64,000 nucleotides of DNA from Macrostomum lignano (Eukaryota): contig NIVC01003534.1 of assembly GCA_002269645.1 (NCBI GenBank), positions 1 to 64,000 of the forward strand, read 5' to 3'. Within the stretch, counting starts at the first letter, position 1, and every line of letters begins with the position of its first letter. The notes beneath the pieces are model-generated. The model made no database searches. It was not told the origin of the DNA and saw only the letters and a program-made list of their open reading frames with translations. A program made the position numbers and the translations under genes. Positions 32,701 through 47,996 of this stretch are shown piece after piece.

Positions 32701-33676
32701 CCCTGCTTCGGTTCAGTGCTGACTGGCACCCGGAACTGCCAGCGGCCTGCCACTATAATTTCGATTTTCTATTGTTAAATTCGGAAAGCTTTGCCGCCAG
32801 CTGCGCCGGCTTAAGCCGGGCCAAGCCACAGGACAGTCGCTCACTGCATGGAAACAGACCGAGCGCGGCTCATTGGGGACGCACAGACGGTGTCCCAAGG
32901 GCGAAAATCCTTCGTGACCCCGGCAAGTCCCTTGGGGATCTGGCAGTGGAGGCAAGCGTATAGGAATGCGGAACTTTGCGAAGAAGGTGCGATAATTTTG
33001 GCTCCAAGCGGTTCAAGATGGCGCAAACCTGTTCTGTATGCTCAATGCCTATGAATATGAATATGACTTCCACTGTGACACCCCATTGCTAATAGGGAGT
33101 AACGATAAATTCCAGTTCAAACAAACAAACATTAAGGGGAGTGCGCGCAACGAATGAGGCACGCTTCTGATCCGCCCATACGGCTCACAGATAGACTAAT
33201 ATAATGCGCTACCAGCTGGCATCTGGGCTCCCTTCGACTTTTTTATTTGCATTTTGACATGCCGGCCGCCCAGCGCTGGGAGATCCCAAGGGACTCGGCT
33301 GTCAGGTGGTTGACTATTCTTGACGTCCCCAAGCAAGCAGTCAAATTCCTGGGGGGATTTTTCTATTTCTCTGTCAATCGCGGCCGGGAATCCTTGGATG
33401 CTGGTTTTTTTCTTAGAAATCTTCATCAACAGGCATGCGGGCCTCTTGAAAGACGACTGATTGATAAATCATTTTCGCTTGGAAATTAATTGAAAACCGT
33501 CTTAATCCTGGCTTTCGATTGTAAGAATTAGACCAATTTTGTTTAAGTACCGAATTCAATTATTCTGCCTTTGCTTTTAGAAGCATGGGGGCTCATTGTG
33601 CGACTTGATTCTTCCGAATCTGCTGTCCAAGCTCCTCGCTAAAAGGGGCTCTCTAAATTCCAGTTTTCATTGTCTG

Positions 33677-34371
33677 ATGACTGCAGTAATGACAGCAGAG
33701 ATTGCAATGCATGACAGTAATGACAGCAGAGATTGCAATGCATGACAGTAATGACAGCAGAGATTGCAATGCATGACAGTAATGACAGCAGAGATTGCAA
33801 TGCATGACAGTAATGACTGCAGAGATTGCAATGCATGACAGTAATGACAGCAGAGATTGCAATGCATGACAGTAATGACAGCAGAGATTGCAATGCATGA
33901 CAGTAATGACTGCAGAGATTGCAATGCATGACAGTAATGACAGCAGAGATTGCAATGCATGACAGTAATGACTGCAGAGATTGCAATGCATGACAGTAAT
34001 GACAGCAGAGATTGCAATGCATGACAGTAATGACAACAGCGATTGCAATGCATGACAGTAATGACAGCAGAGATTGCAATGCATGACAGTAATGACAGCA
34101 GCGATTGCAATGCATGACAGTAATGACTGCAGAGATTGAAATGCATGACAGTAATGACAGCAGAGATTGCAATGCATGACAGTAATGACAGCAGCGATTG
34201 CAATGCATGACAGTAATGACAGCAGCGATTGCAATGCATGACAGTAATGACAGCAGAGATTGCAATGCATGACAGTAATGACAGCAGTAATGACTGCAGA
34301 GATTGCAATGCATGACAGTAATGACAGCAGCGATTGCAATGCATGACAGTAATGACAGCAGCGATTGCAAT
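33677..34371. repeat. 31-bp minisatellite, ~22 copies
   Basis: TGACAGCAGAGATTGCAATGCATGACAGTAA. Confidence 0.97.
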
Positions 34372-34374
34372 AGA

Positions 34375-34437
34375 GTTAGGGTTAAGTTAAAGTTTAGGGT
34401 TAGGTTTAGGCTTTTTTAGGTTAGGGTTAGGGCAGGG
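34375..34437 (+). repeat. Degenerate interstitial telomere-like (TTAGGG) tract
   Basis: Several TTAGGG/TTAGG units directly after the 31-mer array. Confidence 0.7.
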
Positions 34438-35323
34438 CTATGCCAAAACTGACCCGGCTGTCCCATAAAAATTGATCGGCAAGGAAAAAAAGATACAGTG
34501 CGAGCATTTCTGCCGTCCAGATTGGTGCCTGATTGAGGCGAGTGGGTGACGGGGGCAACCGCTGGGCCCTCGTTGATGAAAATTGTGCCGAGATTCGCTC
34601 CCTGACGAGAGAGAAATGAAGAGGGGGGCAGTATGGATAACGGTGGAGGAGCCCCTCAGCCTCCAGCCTGGAGTGCCGGCATCATCACAGCTGGGAGACA
34701 CACCAAGCTTTTGTTACATCCGGCCCGGCTCGATGGGATTAATGAAATTTCGCTGGCGGAGTGGCCTGGTCGGCGGCTTCTTTTGTCCTCTCGCCCCCCC
34801 CTCCCGTGTCCCCCCCGGTCTGCTGTCCCGATTGGGAAGAAATTACTTTTTTTCCCTGCTCAGCCTCATCTCCATCTCACTCGCTCAGCGGCCAAGATGA
34901 GATAATTTGCAAATGAATTCCCAGCGCCAGTTCTGCTTTTTTCCCCAGATGTGGCAGAGGGGCAGCTGCGGACCTCCCCAGTGTGTCTGGTGGACAGCGG
35001 CAACATCCCTGAGTATAATAACTGTGACAGTTTTTTTCACATAGGTTTGTCAGTCCTGCAGAATGCGCGCTTAAAAGTGTTTCTCTTCTGGACGGCTGGC
35101 AAAAATTGGAGGCGGTCGGAGCTTTGCGTTGAGCTGTCAAATTTCACCTGGTTTTGCCATTTTCTGTGGGTATATGCGATGCGGAAGCAGGCACAGATGC
35201 AGAGTCAGGAGGGTTACGGGCCACTGGCTGGGTGAGCACGGAAGTCGCTTGGTAAAAGGGCAGCTGGGCATCCATGCTGAGGCCATGCGATCGAAACTTA
35301 TTGCTGAGGTAGATTACTTCTGT

Positions 35324-35783
<460 letters not shown>

Positions 35784-36266
35784 TTTTGAAACAGGCAGCA
35801 GCAGCAGCAGCAGAATCTGCATTTTCACCGGGCTGTTGACAAAAAGCTCAAGCAGAAACAGTCAGACTCTGTCTTTCGTAGAATTTTTGCCGAACCAAGG
35901 ATGCGAAGCGAAGCCCCCATGGCCTCTCAGTTCCGTCTCCTGGAAGCAGCAGCAGAGGCCGGGGAGCAGAGCCAAAAAAGAGACGCAGCGGGAGAGACTC
36001 AGCGGAATGATGAAGCGCAGAAGCTGGAGGCTCCCCCCCCCCGATCCGCCTGAATTCATCCTGGGCGGCCTTGGAGTGGCAGCCGCTCGGCACACGGCGG
36101 GTTTCCGCCTCGCTAATCGCCCTGTCGATCGGCCGCTTAGGGGGGGGGGTCGGCGGCCGGGAGCTCCTCCGCGCAGGACCGGCGGGCCCGGCTCACTGCG
36201 CTTCTCAGCACAATGCCTTTTTACGGGCGCGGGGCGGATTTTTTGCCGAAAAAGCCGTTTGCTTCT

Positions 36267-36302
<36 letters not shown>

Positions 36303-36565
36303 TGAGTCCAAGAAGATTCCATTGTCAGAAGAAGCAGAAAAAACAACAGAATGCTTGGAGAGCGCATTTTTTAGCGTTACGCGCCCTGCTCATTGTTAAA
36401 GGAACATTTTTGAATGCCGAAATTCTAGTTCCAGCCAATGCTCTCCAGGCCTTCATATTCTCCACTGGAGCTCGAGTGTTAATGATGCGAACTCGTTGGA
36501 TGCCATTGTGACTGATGATCGAACCACTGCAAGGCGGAGATGCAGGCGGCCTCGAGACCGCCGGC

Positions 36566-36613
<48 letters not shown>

Positions 36614-38388
36614 TTCTGACTGAGCCCAGAAGCCTCCGTTCCGATGGGCTCCACTTCCTGTTCTGTGGCTCGTGGCTCGCGGCGGGGGCCTCCGGAGCTG
36701 CCCTGCCGTGCCATTCACCTGGGAGGGTGGATGCGGGAGCGGGGAATGGGGAGAACGCTTCAGGGAAGTAAAATAGAGAGGCGCGCTGGCCTCTCCAGCC
36801 AGAAAGAGGCCGGGCAGGCGACCGTCTGATGGGGCAGAGAGGCTGGCAAGGCAGAAGTGGGTGAGCGAGGCTGCAGCTTAAGCAGCGGGGGCTGGCTAGA
36901 AGTCCCCTTTCCGCTCCGCTCCCGGGGCCCGGCCGCTCTCCACGTGCGGTAAATGACTTGAAACCGGAACCCCCATCATCTAAGTGGCCCCCCATCTCCG
37001 CGCTCCCGTCCCCCCGGGGTCCCTGACCCCCCCTCCTCGGCAGTCCCGTGGCGGATGCTTTGGGGTCCGCGCGGCAGTCCCTTCCCCTGCAAAATTTTTT
37101 CTACCTTCAAGCTGAAATCTCCCTCGGCCTCTCCCGCTCCGACGCCCCGTTTCCTCTCTTGTCCTCCCGCGGCCTCTCCAATCTCCGCAGGGCACGGCAG
37201 TTTTGAGTCCTCCGCCGCTGCCACCGCCGTCCCCTCCCCGACCCCTGTGCGTGCGGTGCCAGGGCCTGGGCTCGGGTCTGGTGCGGTGGAGCCGCCCCGC
37301 CACCCCCTTCCTGTCGTGTTTTTCAGCCAGCTTCCTCACTTTAATTAATTATCCCATTCACGTAACGGGACAGAGCAGAGGTTGGAGCGCGATGGAGGGT
37401 GGGACATCGCGCCGGTGCCCCTTCCTCACCCACGGGCTCCCGGGTCTGAGCCTCATTTCCTGAGGCTTCTCGCAGCTTCCACTGTGCTGCTGCTGCTCCC
37501 TCCGGCTCTTCATCTCCCCCGGACCAGTTCTCACTCCCGGCTCAAAAATCCTTTTTCTCGACTCCTGACAAAAATTCTTCCCAAATCTTAGCCGGCGCTG
37601 CACTGAAGTTCGCTGCCGGCCTCCAGTCCAAGCCGCTATTATAATAATAGCTGTCCTTGGCGGCGACAAGTTTCAATCAATATTTTTCAACGCAGCGGTT
37701 GTTTGTGGACAAGAATTTCTCGGGTGCGCTCTGTGCTCTCCCTCCCACCCAGTCCGCGTTCGGGATTGAGGATATCGCGGAGGGGAAGTCGGGAGTCACC
37801 TTCTTGGGGGGGGGTGTATTATGAAACACTAATCGCCTTGCGATCTCCCCTGAGATTTCGGCTCTTTCCACTGGGAGGCTCAAGGAAGTGGGTGGGGGGG
37901 GGGGTTGGCAGAATCGAGGCCAGGCCGCGGCTCAATGGGTGGAGGGGATTTTTCTCTTTTTTTAAATCCCCGCATTTGATCCGCAGCAAGCGAAGTCGGG
38001 GCAAATCCGCTTAAATGCCAGGCCGAGCCGAGAGCTGGGAAGGGGGTGGGGCAGGTGCTGCAGGGAGGCCAAGTGCCGCGAGTGCCGACTCTAAGAGCCG
38101 CCCCCCGTCTCAACTCCCAGAGCGATTACCGATAGAGAGTGGGGTCGGCCCTTCAGCTGACAAAAGAAGACACACGAGACCCGGAGCTGGATAGCTTGCC
38201 AGCTTAAAGCTGCCTGCATGGCGGCCATCTCGACTTCTCCGGGTGGAATTCGCTGCTGAGATAGATTATTTTTACCATCTCATCTTACGGGGCTGTTTAA
38301 ACGGTGTTTTTAATACTGCATTTTCCAATGTTTTTGTGAGATTGTTTATGATGGTGTGCTTGAGACCTTTGGATTTTGGCAAGCCTTT

Positions 38389-39746
38389 TTCATAGTTCAT
38401 GACAGCAATCAGTCATAGTTCATGACAGCAATCAGTCATAGTTCACGACAGCAATCAGTCATAGTTCACGAGAGCAATCAGTCATAGTTCATGAGAGCAA
38501 TTAGTCATAGTTTACGAGAGCAATCAGTCATAGTTTACGAGAGAGCAATCAGTCATAGTTCACGACAGCAATCAGTCATAGTTCACGAGAGCAATCAGTC
38601 ATAGTTCATGAGAGCAATCAGTCATAGTTCATGAGAGCAATCAGTCATAGTTCACGACAGCAATCAGTCATAGTTCACGACAGCAATCAGTCATAGTTCA
38701 CGACAGCAATCAGTCATAGTTCACGACAGCAATCAGTCATAGTTCACGACAGCAATCAGTCATAGTTCACGACAGCAATCAGTCATAGTTCACGACAGCA
38801 ATCAGTCATAGTTTACGAGAGCAATCAGTCATAGTTCATGAGAGCAATCAGTCATAGTTCATGAGAGCAATCAGTCATAGTTCATGAGAGCAATTAGTCA
38901 TAGTTCATGAGAGCAATTAGTCATAGTTTACGAGAGCAATCAGTCATAGTTTACGAGAGAGCAATCAGTCATAGTTCACGAGAGCAATCAGTCATAGTTC
39001 ACGAGAGCAATCCGTCATAGTTCACGACAGCAATCAGTCATAGTTTACGAGAGAGCAATCAGTCATAGTTCACACTGACAATCAGTCATAGTTCACACTG
39101 ACAATCAGTCATAGTTCACACTGACAATCAGTCATAGTTCACACTGACAATCAGTCATAGTTCACACTGACAATCAGTCATAGTTCACACTGACAATCAG
39201 TCATAGTTCACACTGACAATCAGTCATAGTTCACACTGACAATCAGTCATAGTTCACACTGACAATCAGTCATAGTTCACACTGACAATCAGTCATAGTT
39301 CACACTGACAATCAGTCATAGTTCACACTGACAATCAGTCATAGTTCACACTGACAATCAGTCATAGTTCACACTGACAATCAGTCATAGTTCACACTGA
39401 CAATCAGTCATAGTTCACACTGACAATCAGTCATAGTTCACACTGACAATCAGTCATAGTTCACACTGACAATCAGTCATAGTTCACACTGACAATCAGT
39501 CATAGTTCACACTGACAATCAGTCATAGTTCACACTGACAATCAGTCATAGTTCACACTGACAATCAGTCATAGTTCACACTGACAATCAGTCATAGTTC
39601 ACACTGACAATCAGTCATAGTTCACACTGACAATCAGTCATAGTTCACACTGACAATCAGTCATAGTTCACACTGACAATCAGTCATAGTTCACACTGAC
39701 AATCAGTCATAGTTCACACTGACAATAAGTCATAGTTCACACTGAC
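38389..39746. repeat. 23-bp minisatellite, ~58 copies, two sub-arrays
   Basis: CAATCAGTCATAGTTCAC core with GACAG/GAGAG variants to ~39070, then homogeneous ACTGA variant. Confidence 0.97.
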
Positions 39747-40264
39747 ATTCTATGTTTTTCTCGGCTGTCTCACAAATTCAGCGCCAGCAGCTGAAAGATT
39801 TGCATATTTTCCTGAGATTTTTGTTCTCAGTCTTCATTCTCATGCGAGTTGATACGGGGAACGAACTGGCTGGCTCGGCTCTCCAATGGGCAGTAATGAA
39901 GGCCGAGTCCCTAGGGGGGGAGGGGGGACTGCAACGGAGAGCCCGATTGCGCGTGGGGACTCCGGATTGGCGATTCCCAATCAGGTTAGCGGCGGGCAGG
40001 TTGGGGGTTCGATTCCCCTGGGCGCCGGATCGCACAATCGCGCGATAGAAAAAAAACGTTTAGAAGAAGACAAGAAATGCGCGAGCTCGAAGATTTTCAG
40101 CTCTGTTATAAGCGGAAAATTCTGTGCTGCTGGGATTACAGGGGTTGAGGTGTCTGATGCTATCAATAATCTTAGTTGTCAGGCGAACAGTGGGTTGAAA
40201 GCAGAGCTTAACCTACAATAAACAAGTAGCGACAACACTAGCGACTTAATTAACGTTTATAGCA

Positions 40265-40790
40265 ACAAAATTAGCGACACAATTAGCGAAACAATTACAG
40301 ACACAATTAGCGACTCAATTAGCGACACAATCAGCGACACAATTAGCGACTCAATTAGCGACACAATTAGCGACTCATTTAGCGACACAATTAGCGACAC
40401 AACTAGCGACACAATTAGCGACACAATCAGCGACACAATCAGCGACACAATCAGCGACACAATCAGCGACACAATTAGCGATACAATCAGCGACACAATT
40501 AGCGACACAATCAGCGACACAATCAGCGACTCAATTAGCGACTCAATTAGCGACACAATAACCGACATAAGTAGCGACACAACTAGCGACAAAATTAGCG
40601 ACACAATTAGAGGCACAATTATAGACACAGTTAGCAACTTAATTAACGACCTAGTTTGTGAAAAATTAGAAATACAATTAGAAACAAACCAAACAATTGA
40701 AACCATTTTTAGTATATGGGACGACACAATTAGCGACACAACTAACGACAAAATTAACGACATAATTGGCGACAAAATTAGAGACACAAG
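40265..40790. repeat. Degenerate 12-bp minisatellite
   Basis: ATTAGCGACACA and variants. Confidence 0.9.
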
Positions 40791-43700
40791 TCAAGCTAAA
40801 CACGCAGCCCCTAAACAGTCATAGTTTAAACACAGCACGTGAAAATAGTGCCCCATCGAGCGCCACGAATTTCTGTCAGATTTATTCAAGCCAATTAAAA
40901 TCCAGTCACAGGAAAAATTGTTCATAGATTTAAGAGCTCGTCAGTTCTGAAAAGTTTGCTTTGTTGAGTCAAGCGCGCACTTCTGCCATTCAGCCGCGCT
41001 TTCTTGTTGACACTGCAGCAAAATTTTGACAAATTCTGCATCAAGAAAAGCTAGGCAGAGCAGGCAGAATGTCTATCTAGACGACTTTCTGTTCTCAAGA
41101 CGAGTTGAGAAGTCCGACATGCGAGGCTGAGCAATTTGGAGCTGTTGCAGTTTTCGATTGGCAATTTGCGGGAAGATTCTCCCAGGGAATATCGGCAGCT
41201 GCGGCAGCTGAAGGTTTCGAGAGCCACCGGCCCCCCTGTGTCAACAGCCGGCCGGAGACAATGCATGGCGAAGATTTCTGGGGTTGAATGTCGCACAGCA
41301 AAGTTTAGCTGGAGGAGGTCGGCGCAAGAGAGGAGGCAGCGGCTGCACTTGCCTTCAATCACTCCTGAGCTCCCTCACTCCCTTGCACAGCGCAGACTGA
41401 TGCAGACATGCAGACATATATCTCACCATGCAGATGTAGGCTATATTTTAACACCGGTAAGATGATGGATGTTCGATTCTGTAAGCGGTCAAATTCATTT
41501 GGGGCTTGTGTGCACAAAAATTGGCCGGCAGGGGGTTGTCGTGCGATTCGCAGCCATGTACGACACAACCGTACAGTCGCCTAGATTTTCAGTAGTCTCT
41601 AAATGCCGTTTTGTCTGCAAAAAATGAGTCGATGTGGAGAAGATGTGAACGACGCGGAGATTTTTTTGAGTAAGTGGCAATCTGTAACAAGAAACGGAAT
41701 AAAAAGTTTTGAACAAACTACATGTAGGTTTTGACCTAAGATACGGGTGTCAGCATCCCCTGTGAGCTTTGGCTCAAAGCATCACCTGAGCAACCCCCAT
41801 AAGCCACCATTCTCACCATTCCAGCAATCCCAGCCATCAGAGGGAACCGCAGGTTTCCCTGACATCCCTGCGTTATGAAAGAGACGCCGCACAACAAGTA
41901 GACAGGATGCACCCCCCGATGCGAGGGAAAATCAAAGGGCTCTGGGTAGACGGCAAGAATTACAGATCAGGCGCAGTTAGAGGATGACCGCTGCAGGTGG
42001 ACAGAGAAAAAGTCCTCTCGAGTTCTCAACGGCCCCCTTCCCATCCTGTCCTGAGTAATGAGAGCCCTCGGAGATGTAATTGTCCCCAACTGCTGCCTCA
42101 TTTTGTCCGCCCCTTCATTCGGAAATTGATGGGTTGGAGGTTTCGGGGTGACATCGGATGGAACAGCAGCTGAAAAGGTTGACGGACGGCAGCCGCGTGT
42201 GAAAGTCGCAGTTTTTCCGGCGACCTTGCTGGATTTGGGAGCTGCAGTGCAGGTGAGGTGCGACAAATTAATGATTAAATCTGCGGTCGATGCTGTAAAT
42301 GCTGAGCATGATTTGTTACTAGAAACATTGTGTCCTCGCAGATGAAAATTTCTCTGAGATAAACACGATGCGGGATTATGGAAATCCAAAAGTACGGTGA
42401 AAGGAACGCCTTCCAAAGCGCGCAGTGCCATGAACGCGCACTCTTGGTTAGAGCAAGAGCGTACTGGACGTGTTGCATAACAAATGACAAGTGACAGGTC
42501 CATAATTCATCTATGGTCGTTCGATGCAAGGGCTTGTTGGTGCAATGCACGATAGTTTGAAAGGGGGTGTTCGTGAATACTTTCTATATTTAGTTAACTT
42601 TCAACTAAAGCTTTACTCACTGCTTTCAGCCATTCACTTTTAACTTTGTTGAAAATGTTAGATCTGAAGTTGAAAGTTCAAAAATATTCGGCCATGCAAT
42701 CATTTGTTATCTGACGCGCTTATAACAGTGCAAACAGTGTATACACTGGAAGCCAGTCCCAAGCTGCTGCAACATTGCCTACCATACTGTAATGCAAGCA
42801 GACCCCGTAGACAAAGACCTTGAGCACACAGGGATCTTTTATGCTCCAACGAGAGCCCAAAAGCAGAACTACCGAGAGGCTTGGAGGATTTGAGGAAGAT
42901 TTGCGGTGTCAGTCAGAAATCGGCATGAAAATCCCGTGCAACCTCTCGAGTTTTGCCCGGGCCGTGCCCCCCTCACCCACTTTTTTGCTGAAGTTTTTCT
43001 ATATCTGCTCCAGACCAGCGGCCGCGGACGAATTGCTGCCTCGTTCAGCCACTTCTGCGCAAGTCCCGCATTCCCCCTCTGCCAGTGTTGAGTCGGACAG
43101 CCCCCCCCCCCCTGTGCAACTCAACAACAACAGCAGCGGCAGCACCAGCCAGACAGGCTGCGGGGCTCTCGTCTCCTCCCCCAACCCCCACCCCTCAAGA
43201 TCATCGGCAGGGGGCGCTGAGGATCCCCCCGGGGTTCAAAACTGAGTGAGAAGTAGTGAGAAGAGAGAGAGTGTGTGATTGTGTGATGCGTGTAGCAGTG
43301 GGTTTGCCTCCCCAGAGCCGCAATTAGCAGTGGGGAGTGGAGAAACGAAGCCTGGGAAAACTCCGGCTCTGAACCCTAATCAGGGCGGAGGGTGAGGCGA
43401 GTAGAGAGAGAGCCAGCGTGAGCTGCTAACGATGTGCACCATGTGTTGCTTGCGACTCAGTTTATGTTGTGATTTGCTCCACTCCCCCTGTGTCTCTCGC
43501 CCTGCCTCAGGGCCAGGAAGTCGCGATGGCCGGCAAATCCTCGCGTCTCCCCCCCCCACAGATTTCTAGCTAGACATGCTCGGCCCCTGCTCGGCACACC
43601 CCCTAATTGCCTCGCGATACCTTCGGGCTGAATTTTTGCCGCCTCGGCGTCTGCGCCGCGCGCGCTTATGTCCAAAGCCATGCGCAATTGGGCAAATGCG

Positions 43701-43982
43701 CGTACTAGCTGCAACCCAGGCAGCAATTATTGGCACAGAAAATTTTCTACTAACCAAAACCAAACTGTTTTTTTCTCTAATTCGGAACTCAAGCTCTCTT
43801 CATTATTTCCCAATAGGTTCGATAAACTTTTTATGCGGCATCGGACCCGCAGGGCTCGATTCTAACAGTGTCTCTTCATCCTTAATTGATTGCTTGTTTA
43901 ACTTGTTCGTCTGTTAAGCATTTACATTGCCCCAAGCATGCTCTGTGGGTGTCTAAGTGAGGAGAGAAAGACGGCAAACCAC

Positions 43983-44308
43983 GGAAATGAAGGGGTGCAA
44001 TCAGGGAATGAAGGGGTGCAATCAGGGAATGAAGGGTGCAATCAGGGAATGAAGGGGTGCAATCAGGGAATGAAGGGGTGCAATCAGGGAATGAAGGGTG
44101 CAATCAGGGAATGAAGGGGTGCAATCAGGGAATGAAAGGGTGCAATCAGGGAATGAAGGGGTGCAACCAAGGAATGAAGGGGTGCAATCAGGGAATGAAG
44201 GGGTGCAACCAAGGAATGAAGGGGTGCAATCAGGAAATGAAGGGGTGCAACCAAGGAATGAAGGGGTGCAACAAAGGAATAAAGGGATGCGTGCAATCAG
44301 GGAATGAA
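43983..44308. repeat. 21-bp minisatellite, ~15 copies
   Basis: GGAATGAAGGGGTGCAATCAG. Confidence 0.95.
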
Positions 44309-47300
44309 GTGGTGAACGACCTGTGTGACTCCCAGACCTGTGTGATCCCGCAGACCTGCGTGGTATAGCTGCAGGGTGGTCTGCGACACAGCGGGAGGCA
44401 GCTAGGGGTCGCCCATTCCGCTAACGTACATGCATGTACCCCTATGTGGCATACTAAAAGCCAATTCTGGTGACGCCCTATGAAATCAACTTGAAACCCT
44501 TGCATGAATAAATCTGCCACGGATATGCATTATATATGCGGACCGCAGAAACTGCAGTTGATTATTTTCGAATCTCACTGTTCTCTGTAAAGCGGAAATA
44601 TGCAGCACGAGATTGAAGCAGCTGATTCCAATTGCACGCTGCTGCCTGTAGTCCATGCATAGAAAATCTTGTTTCCAACATGCTCGCGCTTTTCCACAAT
44701 TCAATCAGTTTGTCTGCTCTTGTCTCCCGCTTTGCAAAACAACTCTTAGGCTTTTCGTGCATCTTTCGAGCGTACATCCACAGAGTGTTAATAATAATAT
44801 GAATCAGTCAACAAAGGTATCGAGGCGTTTGCGAGAGATGAGATGTTAGCAGTTAGGTTAGGTTTCTTTAGTGCGATTTTCCTTGGAAAAGAATGATCAA
44901 ATATTTTGCTGAATGGAAAAGGTGGCTACTTCTGCAGAGACGACATGCAACGCATGATGCTAATCATAAGAGGGAAGTTTCAGTAAGTACTACAATGAAT
45001 GATAAGGAGGCTGTGACCAAGGCCGTGTTTGTTGCAATTAAAAGTATATACTGCAGTGGTCGAAATTTTTTCCATTTAATTGCAATTCCCGCTGTAATTT
45101 TTTCCGGTTATTTCGCATATAAAAGTCAAGGAAATGAAACTTTTTTAAATAAACGTGAAGTGAATTTTTGTTTTGGGAGATAATTTTCCGTTGATGATTA
45201 GATTATCTCTTTAGTGAAGCCAAAAACAAGCATGTACTAATTAGACAGTAAAAAATTGAGATTTTTGAGTTGGAGACAAAAGTGATGATGACATTATTGT
45301 CCTTATTCACACAGCATGAATGGTCCAAAGAAGTCAACGGTTTTAAAAGCTGGAGATACATCTCAGTTAAACAAAATAGTTCTTTGTTGAATGACAAAAT
45401 AACATGCAGGTTATTTTAGAACTTTGTTAGTTTTGGAATAAAACTTTTGAAACTAGAGTATTTTAAAATCTAAATTGTTTTAAAAACCGTGATAATTAAT
45501 ACGTTTTTGCTTTTTCTAAGACACTGGTACTGTATGGTGGATTGCAGTAAAGATGCATGGCCACGTAAAGGCATTATCGTGCCCACTCATTTTTTTCGAT
45601 GAATACACTCTAGAAACTGATACGGATACTGATACACTATAGAAAAAATATTTAAGCAATAATCATTCACCAATTCCAATTATTTCTTATTTAGTTATGT
45701 TTATAATAACTGTTTTATCGTTCACATAACATAAGCCAAGTTTAGAAGTTTGAGCGCTTGTGCTGTTTCTTTTCCCTCTATTTTCCTAGCCAAGTTTCCT
45801 CAGTTTTTTAGACATATATTTAGTTATATTTTTTGTGCACAAGATGTTTTAAAAGCGCCTTGTAAAGGAAACTGGAAGACAATTATATTATATATTGAAT
45901 GAAAGATTGAAAGGAAATTATAAAACAATTTAGCTAATTTTGCTCAAATTTTCTACCCATTCTTTCTGCTTTAAGTTTAATTTTAGTTAGTCAATTTCAT
46001 TTTAGTATATAGGATTGTAAAAAAATTTTAAAAATCTTATACAAATATCAAAAGCATGCTAAATATTAAAAATAAAGTAACTAGTATATAGTCTGCTTCT
46101 GTTCAGTATGTGAAAACTTTAGGCTTATGCATTATGAAATCAGTTGTAATTAATATATCCATACATTTTTCCTATTGTTGCAACTATGCTTGTTTAGCTT
46201 GTAGGTATAGAAAATTACACCAGTTTTGTAGCTTACAATTGGAATATTAAGATGAACAAATGTATTAAAAAAAATAAATCCAAGTATACTAAATCTAAGG
46301 TTTACATGTTTGTCCATAACGCTCTAGAGATTGCGATTCTTGACCTATTGTGATCACGTTTTCGCCAAATAATAAACTAAATTTGGCTAGTTGATCTTAC
46401 TTTTTATTAGAAATTTAATCCCTTTAGCATTTAGCAATTTCTTAGCCATGTTGCATGTACCATCACGGAATTTTTTTTGATTGAACAGTGCAAGTTTGAA
46501 GAAAATTGGTTGAGCTGTTTTTTTTTAAAATTGATCGCATACCAATAGATAGATACCAACAGACCATTTTTAGTATATGGAAATGTAATATTAAAGGGCT
46601 AAATTTTTTATGAACATTGAATTTAAGAAAAATAAAGTAAAAGAAATTTCTAAGTAATAAAATAAAATTATAAAATGGCCTAATTTCCTATTACTAGTTA
46701 TTATATCTTTGTCTTTGCTAAAATTGATAGATATTTCATTTTTAGTGATAGTTTGTTTGAATTTTTTGTATTTCTACAAATTTATTAGGCTATTTATTTT
46801 TATAAAAATATTTATAAAAAGAAAAAAGTTATATTTAAAAAATTATCTTCAAAACTTTAGCTTTTTCTTAAAATCTAAAAAGCATTCATAAGGAGCAAAT
46901 CAACCAAGGTTCAAAAATGTGCATTTTTTAAATATAGCAATAGCTAATGCTGCAAATAGTTATTCAAAATTATGATATGAATAAGGACAATAATTCAATA
47001 TAATTTGTGGCTAATCACATTCATAATGCCAATTGAATATAGCATCATATACCTTTTTTAAGAGATTAAAGAAATGCAACTAAAGTGAGTTCAATTTGAT
47101 ATGATTTTGCATCAACTCTTGTCCTTTAATTTTTTTCTGTATCTGTATTGACAATTATATTCTTATTACACTTGAAATTAATGAGAATGCCATTTCTAAG
47201 TTGAAAATTGCCATGTGGCATCTTAGCTTTTTGTTGAGAGCCTTTATCCCTGCCTCCCTTCCCTGTCAGAGCTCAAATAAATTAGAGCAGTTATCATTAA

Positions 47301-47996
47301 AATAGCTTTAGATATTTAAAAACATTGGCCAAGCCTAGCTTTCAGTGTGCACTGCTCGATTCAAATTAATTTGTCTAACAGAAACTGTGACAGTTTCTTG
47401 AATTAAATATTCTCTTCCATTTTTTGCTACTTTACTATTAAGTAGGGCGATTCTATGTTGCCTTCTCTACTCTCACTGTGTCTACGTGTGCTTCTATAAC
47501 GAATATGCGCTACTAAAATAGCAAATATTATCAGCATTGACCTGTTTGCAATCTCAAGTCTACCCCTTCTGCGCACATATTGACTGCCAGGTAAGAGAGG
47601 GAGGGCACAGTGAGATCCTTTATCAGCTGTAGGGCGTGCTTGACCCCTCCTCTCCTCTCTCTTCGCTCGTCCCTGCAGCCCTGGGTTGCATTTAATGTTA
47701 AGCGAATGCTCAGTGAGTCACAGAGATCAACAAGCCGGTTTTTTGTGACTGTTTCTAAATAACTCCCGGTTTTTTTTCGCGAATTTGCTTCTTCTGAATC
47801 AATCAGTCAAAATTCCATTATTTTTGCAGAGAATCTAAACCAGCCACTGTATAAATATTTGAAGTTTGAAGCAAGTTTGAATCACGCTTAAAAACCTGTG
47901 AGCATAGCGGCCAAAGTGATGCCGCAAGATTTCTGTCGCCAAAATTCAACTTAACGTTCCTTCCTGCGGCACTTATAATAGCTGAGGGAATTCGGC

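Noticed and set aside
33639-34370. Cys/His-rich, metallothionein-like ORFs in three frames
   Set aside because: 31-bp unit lacks stops on that strand; all three frames are open, so it is a repeat artefact
41967-42503. 178-aa minus-strand ORF and other ORFs in 29-44 kb
   Set aside because: No domain motifs and no host-like codon or amino-acid pattern; treated as non-coding
44893-45183. 96-aa ORF with a hydrophobic stretch
   Set aside because: No recognisable homology or splice support; length is within chance for this composition
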